A stretch of 63,991 nt of DNA, filler included, from Lama guanicoe (GCA_013239625.1; 75 parts of 75 records of this genome joined end to end with filler, not necessarily neighbours in it), one strand, 5' to 3'; counted from the whole stretch's first letter, positions 49,355 through 62,270 are shown. The notes: generated from the sequence alone by a model not told the origin. A program made the numbers and translations.

Positions 49355-51312
49355 NNNNNNNNNNNNNNNNNNNNNNNNNNNNNNNNNNNNNNNNNNNNTT
49401 AATTAATTAANNNNNNNNNNNNNNNNNNNNNNNNNNNNNNNNNNNNNNNNNNNNTAGTCTGTATTTTCATAGCCACCAAGATCACTAACCATGCTCAGGT
49501 TTATCACCACGGTCTACATCGGGTCACCTGAGCATCGACAATGCTGTCTCACGGGGTGGGGGGGCCATGTGTGTCAGGGTGATTTCCTACCCACGTGTCT
49601 CCCCTGATTCTCAGAACTGACAGTGCAGCCCAATTGGGCAAGAAATACCACCATTTCACAATGCATACGCAGGGCGCCCGACTGACAGATACAATCAGTG
49701 ATAGGAGAGGGGACAAAACTCAGGTTCCTGATCCCNNNNNNNNNNNNNNNNNNNNNNNNNNNNNNNNNNNNNNNNNNNNNNNNNNNNNNNNNNNNNNNNN
49801 NNNNNNNNNNNNNNNNNNNNNNNNNNNNNNNNNNNNNNNNNNNNNNNNNNNNNNNNNNNNNNNNNNNNNNNNNNNNNNNNNNNNNNNNNNNNNNNNNNNN
49901 NNNNNNCCATCCTCCTCAGATTTATGTAAAGGTTACTTCCACCCAGGCAGTGACTCCTGAAGGGCAAGAATCATGTCTGAACACACTCTCAAATCCAGAA
50001 CAGAACCTGACAACAATTAGGCTCTGGAGTCTGTGTTTAGCGAGTGTTGAATCTCAGTGATTCCAGCACTTACACCTTGCCTTCCCATCCCACCCCTCAC
50101 GATATGGCCATTATGACCAGTTCTCCCGGGGCTGGGGCCACGGAACTCATTTACAGGACTGGAAGAATCTGATCATATAAACTATCCCCCAGATTATCAT
50201 CAAGAGTCACCTGCATTTCAGGAATCGGTAACCCCAGAAGCTTTGCAGTTCAGGCAGGTGAGGGATTTTTATATCAGCTGTGTCTTCTACTGTGACTGCC
50301 TGGGTAACATCAGACAAGGAATTATCAAAAGNNNNNNNNNNNNNNNNNNNNNNNNNNNNNNNNNNNNNNNNNNNNNNNNNNNNNNNNNNNNNNNNNNNNN
50401 NNNNNNNNNNNNNNNNNNNNNNNNNNNNNNNNNNNNNNNNNNNNNNNNNNNNNNNNNNNNNNNNNNNNNNNNNNNNNNNNNNNNNNNNNNNNNNNNNNNN
50501 NNNNNNNNNNNNNNNNNNNNNNNNNNNNNNNNNNNNNNNNNNNNNNNNNNNNNNNNNNNNNNNNNNNNNNNNNNNNNNNNNNNNNNNNNNNNNNNNNNNN
50601 NNNNNNNNNNNNNNNNNNNNNNNNNNNNNNNNNNNNNNNNNNNNNNNNNNNNNNNNNNNNNNNNNNNNNNNNNNNNNNNNNNNNNNNNNNNNNNNNNNNN
50701 NNNNNNNNNNNNNNNNNNNNNNNNNNNNNNNNNNNNNNNNNNNNNNNNNNNNNNNNNNNNNNNNNNNNNNNNNNNNNNNNNNNNNNNNNNNNNNNNNNNN
50801 NNNNNNNNNNNNNNNNNNNNNNNNNNNNNNNNNNNNNNNNNNNNNNNNNNNNNNNNNNNNNNNNNNNNNNNNNNNNNNNNNNNNNNNNNNNNNNNNNNNN
50901 NNNNNNNNNNNNNNNNNNNNNNNNNNNNNNNNNNNNNNNNNNNNNNNNNNNNNNNNNNNNNNTGAAACTGGGGCAGCAAAGGTTGAGATGGGAACAAATT
51001 GACCAGCTGGCCAGGGACAGCCCCCTCCGTCGCTGCCTTGGCGACTGCCTCAACCCCATCAGCCCATCCTGCCCACCTCCAGTGGCTAAGATGTCAGGGA
51101 AACTGCTTTGCGACCTGGGGCAACAGAGGCGGCCCTCAGGCCAAGCTGTGGAAGAGATGGGAACTAAACCACCAGCTCCCAAGCGGCAGGCTCCATACCC
51201 CCGCCAACACACNNNNNNNNNNNNNNNNNNNNNNNNNNNNNNNNNNNNNNNNNNNNTTAATTAATTAANNNNNNNNNNNNNNNNNNNNNNNNNNNNNNNN
51301 NNNNNNNNNNNN

Positions 51313-52616
51313 ATATAGAACACAAAATATAGAATACATAATAAGGAATGCAGAATATAGAGTACAGAATATCGAATTAAGAAAACAGTATATTGAATAT
51401 GGAAAACAGAATACAGAACCCAGAATTTCGAAATGGAACGCAGAACACATAATGTAGAATATAGAATACAGAATACTGAATATACAATTTAGAATATAGA
51501 ATGTAGAACACAGAATATAGAATATAGTATACGGAATGCANNNNNNNNNNNNNNNNNNNNNNNNNNNNNNNNNNNNNNNNNNNNNNNNNNNNNNNNNNNN
51601 NNNNNNNNNNNNNNNNNNNNNNNNNNNNNNNNNNNNNNNNNNNNNNNNNNNNNNNNNNNNNNNNNNNNNNNNNNNNNNNNNNNNNNNNNNNNNNNNNNNN
51701 NNNNNNNNNNNNNNNNNNNNNNNNNNNNNNNNNNNNNNNNNNNNNNNNNNNNNNNNNNNNNNNNNNNNNNNNNNNNNNNNNNNNNNNNNNNNNNNNNNNN
51801 NNNNNNNNNNNNNNNNNNNNNNNNNNNNNNNNNNNNNNNNNNNNNNNNNNNNNNNAGAATACAGAATACTGAATATAGAGTTTAGAATAAAGAATGTAGA
51901 ACACAGAATATAAAATATTGAATAAAGAATATTGAACCCAGAATTTAGAACATGGAAAGCAGAACACAGAATTAAATTATAGAATACATAATACTGAATA
52001 TAAAATATAGGATATAGAATGTAGAACACAAAATTAAGATTATAGAATACAGAATGCTGAATATAGAATTTAGAATATAGAATCTAGAACACAGAAAATA
52101 GAAAATAGAAAAGAGAATATAGAACCCAGAATTTAGAACATGGAAAGCAGAACACAGAATTAAATTATAGAATACATAATACTGAATATAAAATATAGGA
52201 TATAGAATGTAGAACACAAAATTAAGATTATAGAATACAGAATGCTGAATATAGAATTTAGAATATACAATGTAGAACACAGAATATAGAATATAGAAAA
52301 GTGGATATAGAACCCAGAATTTACAACATGGAATGCATAACACGGAATTTAGAATATAGTATACAGAATACTTAATAAACAATTAAAAATAATTGAATTT
52401 AGAACACGGAATATAGAATATAGAATACATAATACTGAAAATATAATTTAGAATATAGAATGTAAACAAAAGAATTAAAAATACAGCTAAGAGAATATTT
52501 AAGCCAGATTTTGGAACATGGAAATCAGAAATCAGAATTTCGAATATAGAATACTGAAATGAATACTGAATACTGAATATACAATTTAGAGTATAGAATG
52601 CAGAACACAGAATTTA
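51313..52616. repeat. Satellite A, with ~188-bp higher-order period
   Basis: gaacccagaattta at 51934, 52122 and 52310. Confidence 0.94.
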
Positions 52617-52716
52617 NNNNNNNNNNNNNNNNNNNNNNNNNNNNNNNNNNNNNNNNNNNNTTAATTAATTAANNNNNNNNNNNNNNNNNNNNNNNNNNNN
52701 NNNNNNNNNNNNNNNN

Positions 52717-52876
52717 GATGTGCAGGAGGAGAAGGATGTGCAGGAGGAGGAGGATGTAGAGGAGAAGGTTGTGGAGGAGGAGGATGTGGAGGAGGAGGAT
52801 GTGGAGGAGGTGGTGGAGGAGGAAGAAGAGGTGGAAGAGGAGGAGGTGGTGGAGGAGGAGGTGGAGGAGGATTATT
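52717..52876 (+). repeat. GGA-rich low-complexity tract (left NUMT flank)
   Basis: (GGA/GGT/GAT)n ending in gaggattatt. Confidence 0.95.
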
Positions 52877-53064
<188 letters not shown>

Positions 53065-53282
53065 GAGGGTAGGAGGAGGTGGAGGTGGAGGAGGAGGAGG
53101 ATGTTGAGGAGGATGTGGAGGAGAAGGATGTGGAGGAGGAGTAGGATGTGGAGGAGGTGGAGGTGGAGGAAGTCGAGGAGGAGGAGGAGGTGGAGGAGGA
53201 GGAGGTGGAGGAGGAGGAGTTGAAGGTGGTGGAGGAGAGGAGGAGGAGGTCGAGGAGGAGGAGGAGGAGGTGGAGGATTATT
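53065..53282 (+). repeat. GGA-rich low-complexity tract (right NUMT flank)
   Basis: (GGA/GGT)n, again ending in gaggattatt. Confidence 0.95.
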
Positions 53283-53565
53283 ACAATAATCCTCAAGATT
53301 CTGTCTAATTTCCAAAATAATATTTAATTAAAGCTACTTCATACGCAAAGTTAACAAAGGAAGTAATTGCTGCCAGTCTTTCAGATAGCCTGCAATGAGT
53401 TCAAGAGTTGAATTACGGAGAATTAACTGGATAAATCAAGCTGGAAGTAGATTTACCACTGGTGCNNNNNNNNNNNNNNNNNNNNNNNNNNNNNNNNNNN
53501 NNNNNNNNNTTAATTAATTAANNNNNNNNNNNNNNNNNNNNNNNNNNNNNNNNNNNNNNNNNNNN

Positions 53566-54856
53566 CTCTTCAGTCACAGGTGTTCCTTGTTAGGGGGAAT
53601 TCTGAGAAATACTTCCCCTGAATTTGGGGAGTCAGCCTCTGTCACTGGGATTGCCTGCAAACCTCCCTAGCATACCCTGACACAGAGACAATAGGAAAAA
53701 ACCCAGGGGAGTCGAGCTTAGGCATTTCGTTAGAACCCTCGCGCTGCCGACCGTTGGTGGAACCTCCCCACGCTCAGGATTCCGGAACCATTGTCAGTGC
53801 GTGGGATAGCACGAGAGACAACTCCACGGAGCTCTCTTCAGTCACAGGTGTTCTCTGTTAGGGGGAATTCTGAGAAATNNNNNNNNNNNNNNNNNNNNNN
53901 NNNNNNNNNNNNNNNNNNNNNNTTAATTAATTAANNNNNNNNNNNNNNNNNNNNNNNNNNNNNNNNNNNNNNNNNNNNCCAAGGTCAGGGAATGTATTTC
54001 TCGGACTTCCCCGTTCAGGGTACACCTTTGACTGAAGAGAGCTCCGTGGAATTGTCTCTCGAGCTCCCCAATGCAGTGAGAATGGTTCCGGAATCCTGAG
54101 CGTGGGGAGGTTCCACCAACGGTGGCAGCGCGTGGGTTCTAACAGAATGCCTAAGCTTGACTCCCCTGGGATTTTTCCTAATGTCTCTGTGCCAGGGAAT
54201 TCTAGGGGGTTTTGCAGGGAATCCCAGTGACAGAGGCTGCCTCTCCAAGGTCATGGAATGTCTTTCTCGGAATTCCCCCTAACAGGGAACACCTGTAACT
54301 GAAGAGAGCTGCGTGGATTTGTCTCTTGAGCTCCCCACGCACAGACAATGGTTCCGGAATCCTGAGCGTGGGGAAGTTCCACCAACGGTCGTCAGCGTGT
54401 GGGTTCTAACGGAATGAATAAGCTCGTTTCCCCTGGGTTTTTTCCTAATGTTTCTGTACCAGGGAAAGCTAGGGGTGTTTGCAGGCAATCCCAGTGACAG
54501 AGGCTGCCTCCCCAAGGTCAGGGAAGGTATTTTTCAGACTTCCAATAACAGGGAACAACTGTGACTGAAGAGAGCAGGAGTTGTCTCTCGAGGTCCGCAC
54601 ACACTGACACTGGTTCCGGAATCCTGAGCGTGGGAGGTTCCCCCAACGGGCGGCAGCACGTGGGTTCTAACGGAATGCCTAAGCTCGTCTACCTTGGGTT
54701 TTTCCTAATGTCTCTGTGCCAGGGAATGCTACGGGGGTTTGCAGGCAATCCCAGTGACAGAGGCTGCCTCCCCAAGGTAAGGGAAGGTGTTTCTCAGAAT
54801 TCCCCAAGCAGGGATCACCTGTGACTGAAGAGAGCTGCGTGGATTTGTCTCTCGAG
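53566..54856. repeat. Satellite C (two scaffolds: 53566-53878 on +, 53979-54856 on -)
   Basis: Same ~267-bp monomer; variant with ttagggggaattctgagaaat and aaaaacccagggg. Confidence 0.95.
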
Positions 54857-54956
54857 NNNNNNNNNNNNNNNNNNNNNNNNNNNNNNNNNNNNNNNNNNNN
54901 TTAATTAATTAANNNNNNNNNNNNNNNNNNNNNNNNNNNNNNNNNNNNNNNNNNNN

Positions 54957-55637
54957 TGAGTTGTATGAGCTGCTTATATATTCTGGAGATCAAGCCTTTG
55001 ATTTGATGCAGTCCCTATCAAATTACCCAGGACATATTTCACAGAACTAGGACAAATCATAATAAAATTTATATGGAACCATCAAAGACCTAGAATTGCC
55101 AAACCATTACTGAAGAGAAAGAAAGAGGCTGGAGGAATAACTCTCCCAGACTTCAGACAATACTGTAGGGCTACAGTCATCAAAACAGCATGGTATCGGT
55201 ACAAAAACAGACATATAGACCAATGGAACAGAATAGAGAGCCCAGAAATGAACCCACAAACTTTTGGTCAACTAATCTTAGACAAAGGAGGCAAGAATAT
55301 ACAATGGAATAAAGACAGTCTCTTCAGCAAATGGTGTTGGGAAAACTGTACAACAGCATGTGAAACAATGAAGCTAGAACACTCCCTTACACCATACACA
55401 AAAATCAACTCAAAATGGATCAAAGACTTAACATAAGACAAGATACAATAAACCTCCTAGAGGAAAACATAGGCAAAATGTTATCTGACATACATCTCAA
55501 AAATTTTCTCCTAGAAGAAATAAAAGCAAGAATAAACAATGGGACCTAATGAAACTTACAAGCTTCTGCACAGCAAAGGAAACCATAAGGAAAACAAAAA
55601 GGCAACCTACGGAATGGGAGAAAATTTTTGCAAATGA
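54957..55637. mobile_element. LINE-1 with 5' inversion (minus segment 54957-55000; inverted plus segment 55001-55637)
   Basis: Plus segment encodes [31 protein letters not shown] and ends at gcaaatga. The minus segment reads caaaggcttgatctccagaatatataagcagctcatacaactca, the sequence immediately downstream in ORF2. Confidence 0.88.
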
Positions 55638-55824
55638 TTTCTCAGTTTCTTATCTCTGGATTCTTGCTGCTCAAATCCTCTGGGAACATTTTCTTTCTCT
55701 TTGAACTGTATCTTTTTTTTTTTTNNNNNNNNNNNNNNNNNNNNNNNNNNNNNNNNNNNNNNNNNNNNTTAATTAATTAANNNNNNNNNNNNNNNNNNNN
55801 NNNNNNNNNNNNNNNNNNNNNNNN

Positions 55825-56551
55825 GAATGTAGAACACAAAATTTTGAATATAGAATACAGAATGCTGAATATATAATTCATAATATACAATGTAGAACAC
55901 AGAATATAGAAAATAGAAAAGAGAATATAGAACCCAGAGTTTAGAACATGGATTGCAGAACACAGAATATAGAATATAGTATACAGAATACATAATAAAC
56001 AATTAAAAAATTGAAGGTAGAGCACAGAATATAGAATATAAAATACATAATACTGAATATATAATTTAGAATATAGAATGTAGAAAACAGAATAAAAACT
56101 ATAGCTTAGAGTATATTGAAGCCAGATATTGGAACATGGAAACCAGAACTCAGAATTTAGAATATAGAATACAGAATACTGAATATACAATTTAGAATAT
56201 AGAATGTAGAACTCAGAATTTAGAATATAGAATATAGAATACTGAATATAGAATTTAGAATATAGAAAGAAGAACACAGAATATAGAATAAAGAATAGAT
56301 TGGAATGCAGAACAGATAATTTAGATTATAGAATACATAACACTGAATATAGAATTTAGAATATAGAATGTAGAACACAAAATTTAGAATATACAATACA
56401 CAATGCTGAATATAGAATTTAGAATATACAATGTAGTTCACAGAATATAGAGTATAGAATATACAATATAGAACCCAGAATTAACAACATGAAATGCATA
56501 ACAGAGAATTTAGAATATAATATACAGAATACTTAATAAACAATTAAAAAT
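55825..56551. repeat. Satellite A
   Basis: tagaata heptamers. Confidence 0.94.
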
Positions 56552-56651
56552 NNNNNNNNNNNNNNNNNNNNNNNNNNNNNNNNNNNNNNNNNNNNTTAAT
56601 TAATTAANNNNNNNNNNNNNNNNNNNNNNNNNNNNNNNNNNNNNNNNNNNN

Positions 56652-57318
56652 TAGATAACACAGAGGAAAGAATTAGTGACTTAGAAGACAGGAGAATAGA
56701 TGACATCCAATCGGAAGAGCTACAAAAGAAACAATGTGAAACAAATTTAAAAAAAAAAAANNNNNNNNNNNNNNNNNNNNNNNNNNNNNNNNNNNNNNNN
56801 NNNNNNNNNNNNNNNNNNNNNNNNNNNNNNNNNNNNNNNNNNNNNNNNNNNNNNNNAAGCTTAAAGAAGGAATCAGATATCCAAATATAGGAAGCTCAGA
56901 GTGTCCCAAACAAGAACTCAAATAAACCCACACCAAGATATATAATTAAGATGGCCAGAGTCAAGGATAAGGAAATGACCATAAAGGCAGCAAGAGAATA
57001 GCAAAGAGTGAGTTACAAGGGAATCCCCATAAGGCACCCAGCTCATTTCACTACAAATATACTACAGGCCAGAAGGGAGTGGCAAGATATATCCAATGTC
57101 CTGAGTGAACAAAAGATATACCCTAGGATACTTTAATCAGCAAGGCTATTCTCTATGGTAGAAGGAGACATAAAGAATTTCACAGACAAGAAAAAGCTAC
57201 AAGAGTTTAGTAAAACTAGACCCATGCTAAAAGAAATATTCAAAGGTCTACTCTAAAATGTAAAGCAGTAGGATGCTACAGAAATGTGAAACTCACAGCT
57301 GGAAAGGTGATAACTCAT
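56652..57318 (+). mobile_element. LINE-1 ORF1 fragment
   Basis: EERISDLEDR; IQI.EAQ.VP...TPRYIIKM; TYKGIPIR; LQARREWQDI; KNFTDKKKLQEF. Confidence 0.93.
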
Positions 57319-57418
57319 NNNNNNNNNNNNNNNNNNNNNNNNNNNNNNNNNNNNNNNNNNNNTTAATTAATTAANNNNNNNNNNNNNNNNNNNNNNNNNN
57401 NNNNNNNNNNNNNNNNNN

Positions 57419-57913
57419 GGAATTCTGAGAAATACCTTCCCTGACATTGGGGAGGCAGCCTCTTTCATTGGGATTACCTGCAAACCCCCAAGCATTCCCT
57501 GGCACAGAGACATTAGGAAAAAACCCAGGGGAGTCGAGCTTAGGCATTCCATTAGAACCCACGCGCTGCCGACCTTTGGTGGAACCTCCCCACGCTCAGG
57601 GTTCCGGAACCATTGCCAGTGCATGGGGAGCTCGAGAGACANNNNNNNNNNNNNNNTCACAGGTGTTCCCTGTTAGGGGGAATTCTGAGAAATATCTTCC
57701 CTGACCATGGGGAGGCAGCCTCTGCCACTGGGATTTCCTGCAAACCCCATAGCATTCCCTGGCACAGAGACATTAGGAAAAAACCCAGGGGAGACGACCT
57801 TAGGAATTCCGTTAGAACCCACGCGCTGCCGACCGTTGGTAGAAGCTCCCCTCGCTTAGGATTTCGGAAGCATTGTCAGTGCATGGGGAGCTCGAGAGAC
57901 AACTCCACGCAGC
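57419..57913 (+). repeat. Satellite C
   Basis: Two monomers of the ~267-bp family. Confidence 0.94.
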
Positions 57914-58071
57914 NNNNNNNNNNNNNNNNNNNNNNNNNNNNNNNNNNNNNNNNNNNNTTAATTAATTAANNNNNNNNNNNNNNNNNNNNNNNNNNNNNNN
58001 NNNNNNNNNNNNNCAAGCAAAAAGCAGAACAGATTCAAAAATCAACAACTCTCCTTGGATCTAGAGAGGGG

Positions 58072-58216
58072 AGGGCAAAGGTCAAATGCTGCCCCTAAGA
58101 CTGGAGAGACAGACAGCGAGCCCAGAGGGTGGCAGCTCATCAGAGCAGAGACTCAGAGCAGGAGACGCAGCAGGAGCCGGTGCTGGAGCAGCACCACCCG
58201 GACGGTACTGGTGAGT
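58072..58216 (+). promoter_or_regulatory. Putative promoter DR1 element plus 5' exon splice donor
   Basis: AGGGCA-A-AGGTCA (58072-58084) is an HNF4/PPAR:RXR/COUP-type DR1. CTG|GTGAGT donor at 58210/58211. Confidence 0.4.
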
Positions 58217-58871
58217 CGCTGGAGGCTCAGTGTGGACAAGCCTGAGAGTGAAAAGCAACCACAGAGGGAAACACAGCGCTGTGAGCTTGACCCCCAGGAG
58301 TCCAACCAGGTGTCCACAGTAAGTATTAGAGAAAAACCCCTAAAGCTTCTGGACGATGGAGGAGGGGGAGCTGTACTGAAACGCACCAGAACACAGTCCT
58401 TAACGCGGCCTCCCCCAGGGAGGACGCTAGGAGGTTCTCACTGGAGCCTAACTGACCCCAGGGAAGCAAAACACCCAACTCCAGCCAGCTCTAGCCCTCC
58501 TGTCTCTCCCATGGGGAGAGGAAAAAAGCAGATAACACTTGGGAAGTTCTCAGTCCAGAGGCAGAGGCTCAGTGAAAGACTGAGACCTGATCTCAGGACC
58601 CTGGAGCACTTGCCATCCCTGCACCTCACCTCCGCGTTACTAAAGGCTTCCTCCAGCAGTTCCTTCCCCTCAGCACATCGTGCCTGGCCGACAGAAAAGA
58701 ATCACAAGGCACCAAAAGGCAAAAAAAACCACAACCTTAAGAGCTTCATCCAGACTTCTTCTATAGAATACNNNNNNNNNNNNNNNNNNNNNNNNNNNNN
58801 NNNNNNNNNNNNNNNTTAATTAATTAANNNNNNNNNNNNNNNNNNNNNNNNNNNNNNNNNNNNNNNNNNNN

Positions 58872-59787
58872 TCTAGGCTGCACTCCAAGGTAGATAGGCA
58901 CACACAGACACTCTTCGCTGCTCTCCCAGTTAGACCGGCACACAGAGACACTCTACGCTGCACTCCTAGGTACATAGGCACACACAGACACTCTAAGCTG
59001 CACTCCCAGGTAGACAGGCACACCCAGACACTCTAGGCATCACTCCCAGGTAGACAGGCACACAGAGACAGTCTGGCTGCACTCCAAGGTAGACAGGCCG
59101 GGAGAGAGGCACACAGAGACACTCTAGGCAGCACTTCCAGGTAGATAGGCACACACAGACAATCTACGCAGCACTCTCAGGTAGACAGGCACAAAGAGAC
59201 ACTCTAGGCTGCACTCCCAGGTCGATAGGCACACACAGACACTCTAGGCAACACTCCCACGTAGACAGGTAGGGAGAGAGTCACACTGAGACAACCTAGG
59301 CTGCTCTCACAGGTAGACAGGCACACAGAGACCCTCTAGGTTGCACTCCCAGGTAGACAGGCAGGGAGGGAGGCCGTAAGAGAGGGACACTGACACACGC
59401 TAGACTGTACTCCTAGGTAGACAGGCACACAGAGACACTGTACGCTGCACTCCCAGGTAGACAGGCAGGGAGAGAGGCACACAGACAAACTGTAGGCTGC
59501 TCTCCCATGTAGACAGGCACACAGAGACACTGTAGGCTGCACTCCCACGTAGACAGGCAGGGAGAGAGGCACACAGAGACACTCTAGGCAGCACTCCCAG
59601 CTAGACAGGCACACAGAGACACTCTAGGCTGCACTCCCAGGTAGATAGGCACACACAGACACTCTAGGCTGCAGTCCCAGAGAGATAGGCACACACAGAC
59701 ACTCTAGGCTGCACTTCCAGGTAGATACGCACACACACACACTCTAGGCAGCACTCCCAGATAGACAGGCACACAGAGACACTCTAG
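58872..59787. repeat. 40-bp minisatellite (cactcccaggtagacaggcacacagagacactctaggctg) with 52-bp variants
   Basis: About 20 tandem degenerate copies; some carry an inserted agggagagaggc. Confidence 0.95.
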
Positions 59788-59887
59788 NNNNNNNNNNNNN
59801 NNNNNNNNNNNNNNNNNNNNNNNNNNNNNNNTTAATTAATTAANNNNNNNNNNNNNNNNNNNNNNNNNNNNNNNNNNNNNNNNNNNN

Positions 59888-60703
59888 TCAGTTGGAGGAA
59901 CTTTCCCACTCTCAGAATACCGGAAGACAACCTTGTGTGGCAGGGAGATGTGGAGTCACAATCCAAGTAGGTGAATGGGGTCACACTTGTTTCCCATTAG
60001 GGTGAAGTCCTCTAAATAATTCCATATTCCATCGGGGGGCAGTTGCTGCTACTTGGCCTCCAAGCCAAACTCCCAGATTTCCCTCTCAGCCCGGCATAGG
60101 GACACACTCAAGGAATACAAGCTAAGGGATCCTATTAGAACCCAGGCGCTGCTGTCATTTGGAGGAACCTCCCCACAATCAGGATATGTGAGCACGTCTC
60201 CGTGTGTGTGCTGGGAGTGGGGAATCAGTGTCCACGCATCTTTATGGGGCACAGGTGTTCCAGGTTGGGGAAGAAGTTTCAAATCCTCCACTGCCCTCAG
60301 AGATGCACTCGCTAATACTTGGATTTAGAGCCCATCCCCCACCATCGCTTACTGCTAGGCCTAGGAAAACACTTAGGGAAGTCAAGCTAAGGGATTCTAT
60401 TAAAAGCCAGGTGCTGCTGTCTATGCTGTCTGTTGGAGGAACCTCCCCACACTCAGAACCCCAGAACAATTCTTCTTGTGTGTGCTGGAGGTGGGGAAGC
60501 AGATCCCACGCATTTTTCAGGGGGCACAGGTATTCCCAAGTTGTGGGATTTTCGTGAATAATTTCCCCTTCCCATGGGGAAGCCCTCGCTAATACTTGGA
60601 TTTGCAGCCCAACCCCCAATTTCCCCCACACTCCGCCCTTGACAAGCCATTATTGAACACAAGTAAATGTATTAGAACCCAGGCGCTGCTGTTAGTTGGA
60701 GGA
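59888..60703 (+). repeat. Satellite E
   Basis: ggagga anchors at ~59894, 60161, 60436 and 60699 (spacing 267, 275, 263). Confidence 0.88.
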
Positions 60704-61317
60704 NNNNNNNNNNNNNNNNNNNNNNNNNNNNNNNNNNNNNNNNNNNNTTAATTAATTAANNNNNNNNNNNNNNNNNNNNNNNNNNNNNNNNNNNNNNNNN
60801 NNNAAGAAGCAAATATATTTTGCTTACTAATGTGGCTACACACTCCCTCCCCCAGACTCACAGTAGTGCGTGTGTTATGAATAAATGAATGACGGGGTGG
60901 GTCTCAAAGGGACAGACATACCTGCTCTCGCCCGTCCCGACCCTTCTGTCTGTAGAATATCAGAAGCAAAACCAGAAGTACCTTTCCTGAAGGTCACTTT
61001 CTGATGACACCCTTCACTGTCTATTATGTCAGTTCTAGAAAAAACCCAAATTCTTCCAAAGCCCTACACCCCGGACACTCTCCAGTGTCCTCCCCAGCAC
61101 GGGCTCCCTCCACCCTGGACCACACAGGGCACTCTCCCCGGGTCCCGACGCCAAAAGCCTCCAAGCGCCTGCCCGGGCTGCACCTGTGACCTGAGCCACA
61201 TTCTTGACTCCTTCTCCNNNNNNNNNNNNNNNNNNNNNNNNNNNNNNNNNNNNNNNNNNNNTTAATTAATTAANNNNNNNNNNNNNNNNNNNNNNNNNNN
61301 NNNNNNNNNNNNNNNNN

Positions 61318-61527
61318 AGAGGAGTGTGCAGGCCCAGGAGTGTGCAGGACCAGGAGTGTGCAGACAGAAGAGTGTGTAGGCCCAGGAGGGTGCATACTTA
61401 GTTGTGTGCAGCCCCATTAGTGTGCTGGCCCAGGCCCGGGCAGGCCCAGGGGTGTGCAGGCCCAGGATTCTACAGGCCCAGGAGTTTGCAGGCCCAGGAG
61501 TATGCAGTCCCAGGAGTGAGCAGATAC
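61318..61527. repeat. 16-bp minisatellite (gtgtgcaggcccagga)
   Basis: About 13 degenerate tandem copies. Confidence 0.9.
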
Positions 61528-61959
61528 NNNNNNNNNNNNNNNNNNNNNNNNNNNNNNNNNNNNNNNNNNNNTTAATTAATTAANNNNNNNNNNNNNNNNN
61601 NNNNNNNNNNNNNNNNNNNNNNNNNNNCACGAAAGGGGTGGAACTGAACTGTGTCTCAGCAGTTTGAGACAATGGATCAGGGCATCCCGACATGGGAGCA
61701 CCAGGAGTCAGGAATGACCTGGTGTCCACAGGCCCAGGAAGGAAGCCACCTGGCTGGACTGTGAGAAAGTGTTATGCAGGAACACTCAGAGGCACTAAAA
61801 TGAGGCCAGGAGTTTTCAGGCAGGTCCGAGCCAGGTCAGGACTCCCTGTGCTGTACCACATGTCCACCTACTGGCACATGGTCCTCACATTTCGGACCCC
61901 CATGCCCTGGCACCTCCAGAGGGGACAGGTTCTCAGAGCTGCCACCCCATTTCCAGCAC

Positions 61960-62170
61960 AACTGGCCAGCTGACATGCTCCATTGATTAGGCAAAACAGA
62001 TTCATTGGACCTTTGTGACTGAGGTGGGAAGCCCCATAAAAAAGACAACCAGGACCCCCAGGTAGGGCGACTACTCTCCTGCCAGCACCATCAATTTTGT
62101 AGGAACTCCTGATTGGTCCATTTGTAGTACTTCATTTGCATTTAGCTCCCTCCTGATTGGTTATTTCTCT
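61960..62170 (-). mobile_element. Probable ERV LTR fragment with CCAAT-octamer-CCAAT cluster
   Basis: ctcctgattgg at 62106 and 62150 flank the octamer atttgcat (62134-62141). Confidence 0.4.
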
Positions 62171-62270
62171 NNNNNNNNNNNNNNNNNNNNNNNNNNNNNN
62201 NNNNNNNNNNNNNNTTAATTAATTAANNNNNNNNNNNNNNNNNNNNNNNNNNNNNNNNNNNNNNNNNNNN

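Noticed and set aside
50243..51268. Long ORFs of 240-295 aa
   Set aside because: Mostly N-gap; the real sequence gives no recognisable protein.
58055..58819. 254-aa ORF
   Set aside because: TTG start, no recognisable domain, reads through a consensus splice donor, and ends in the linker.
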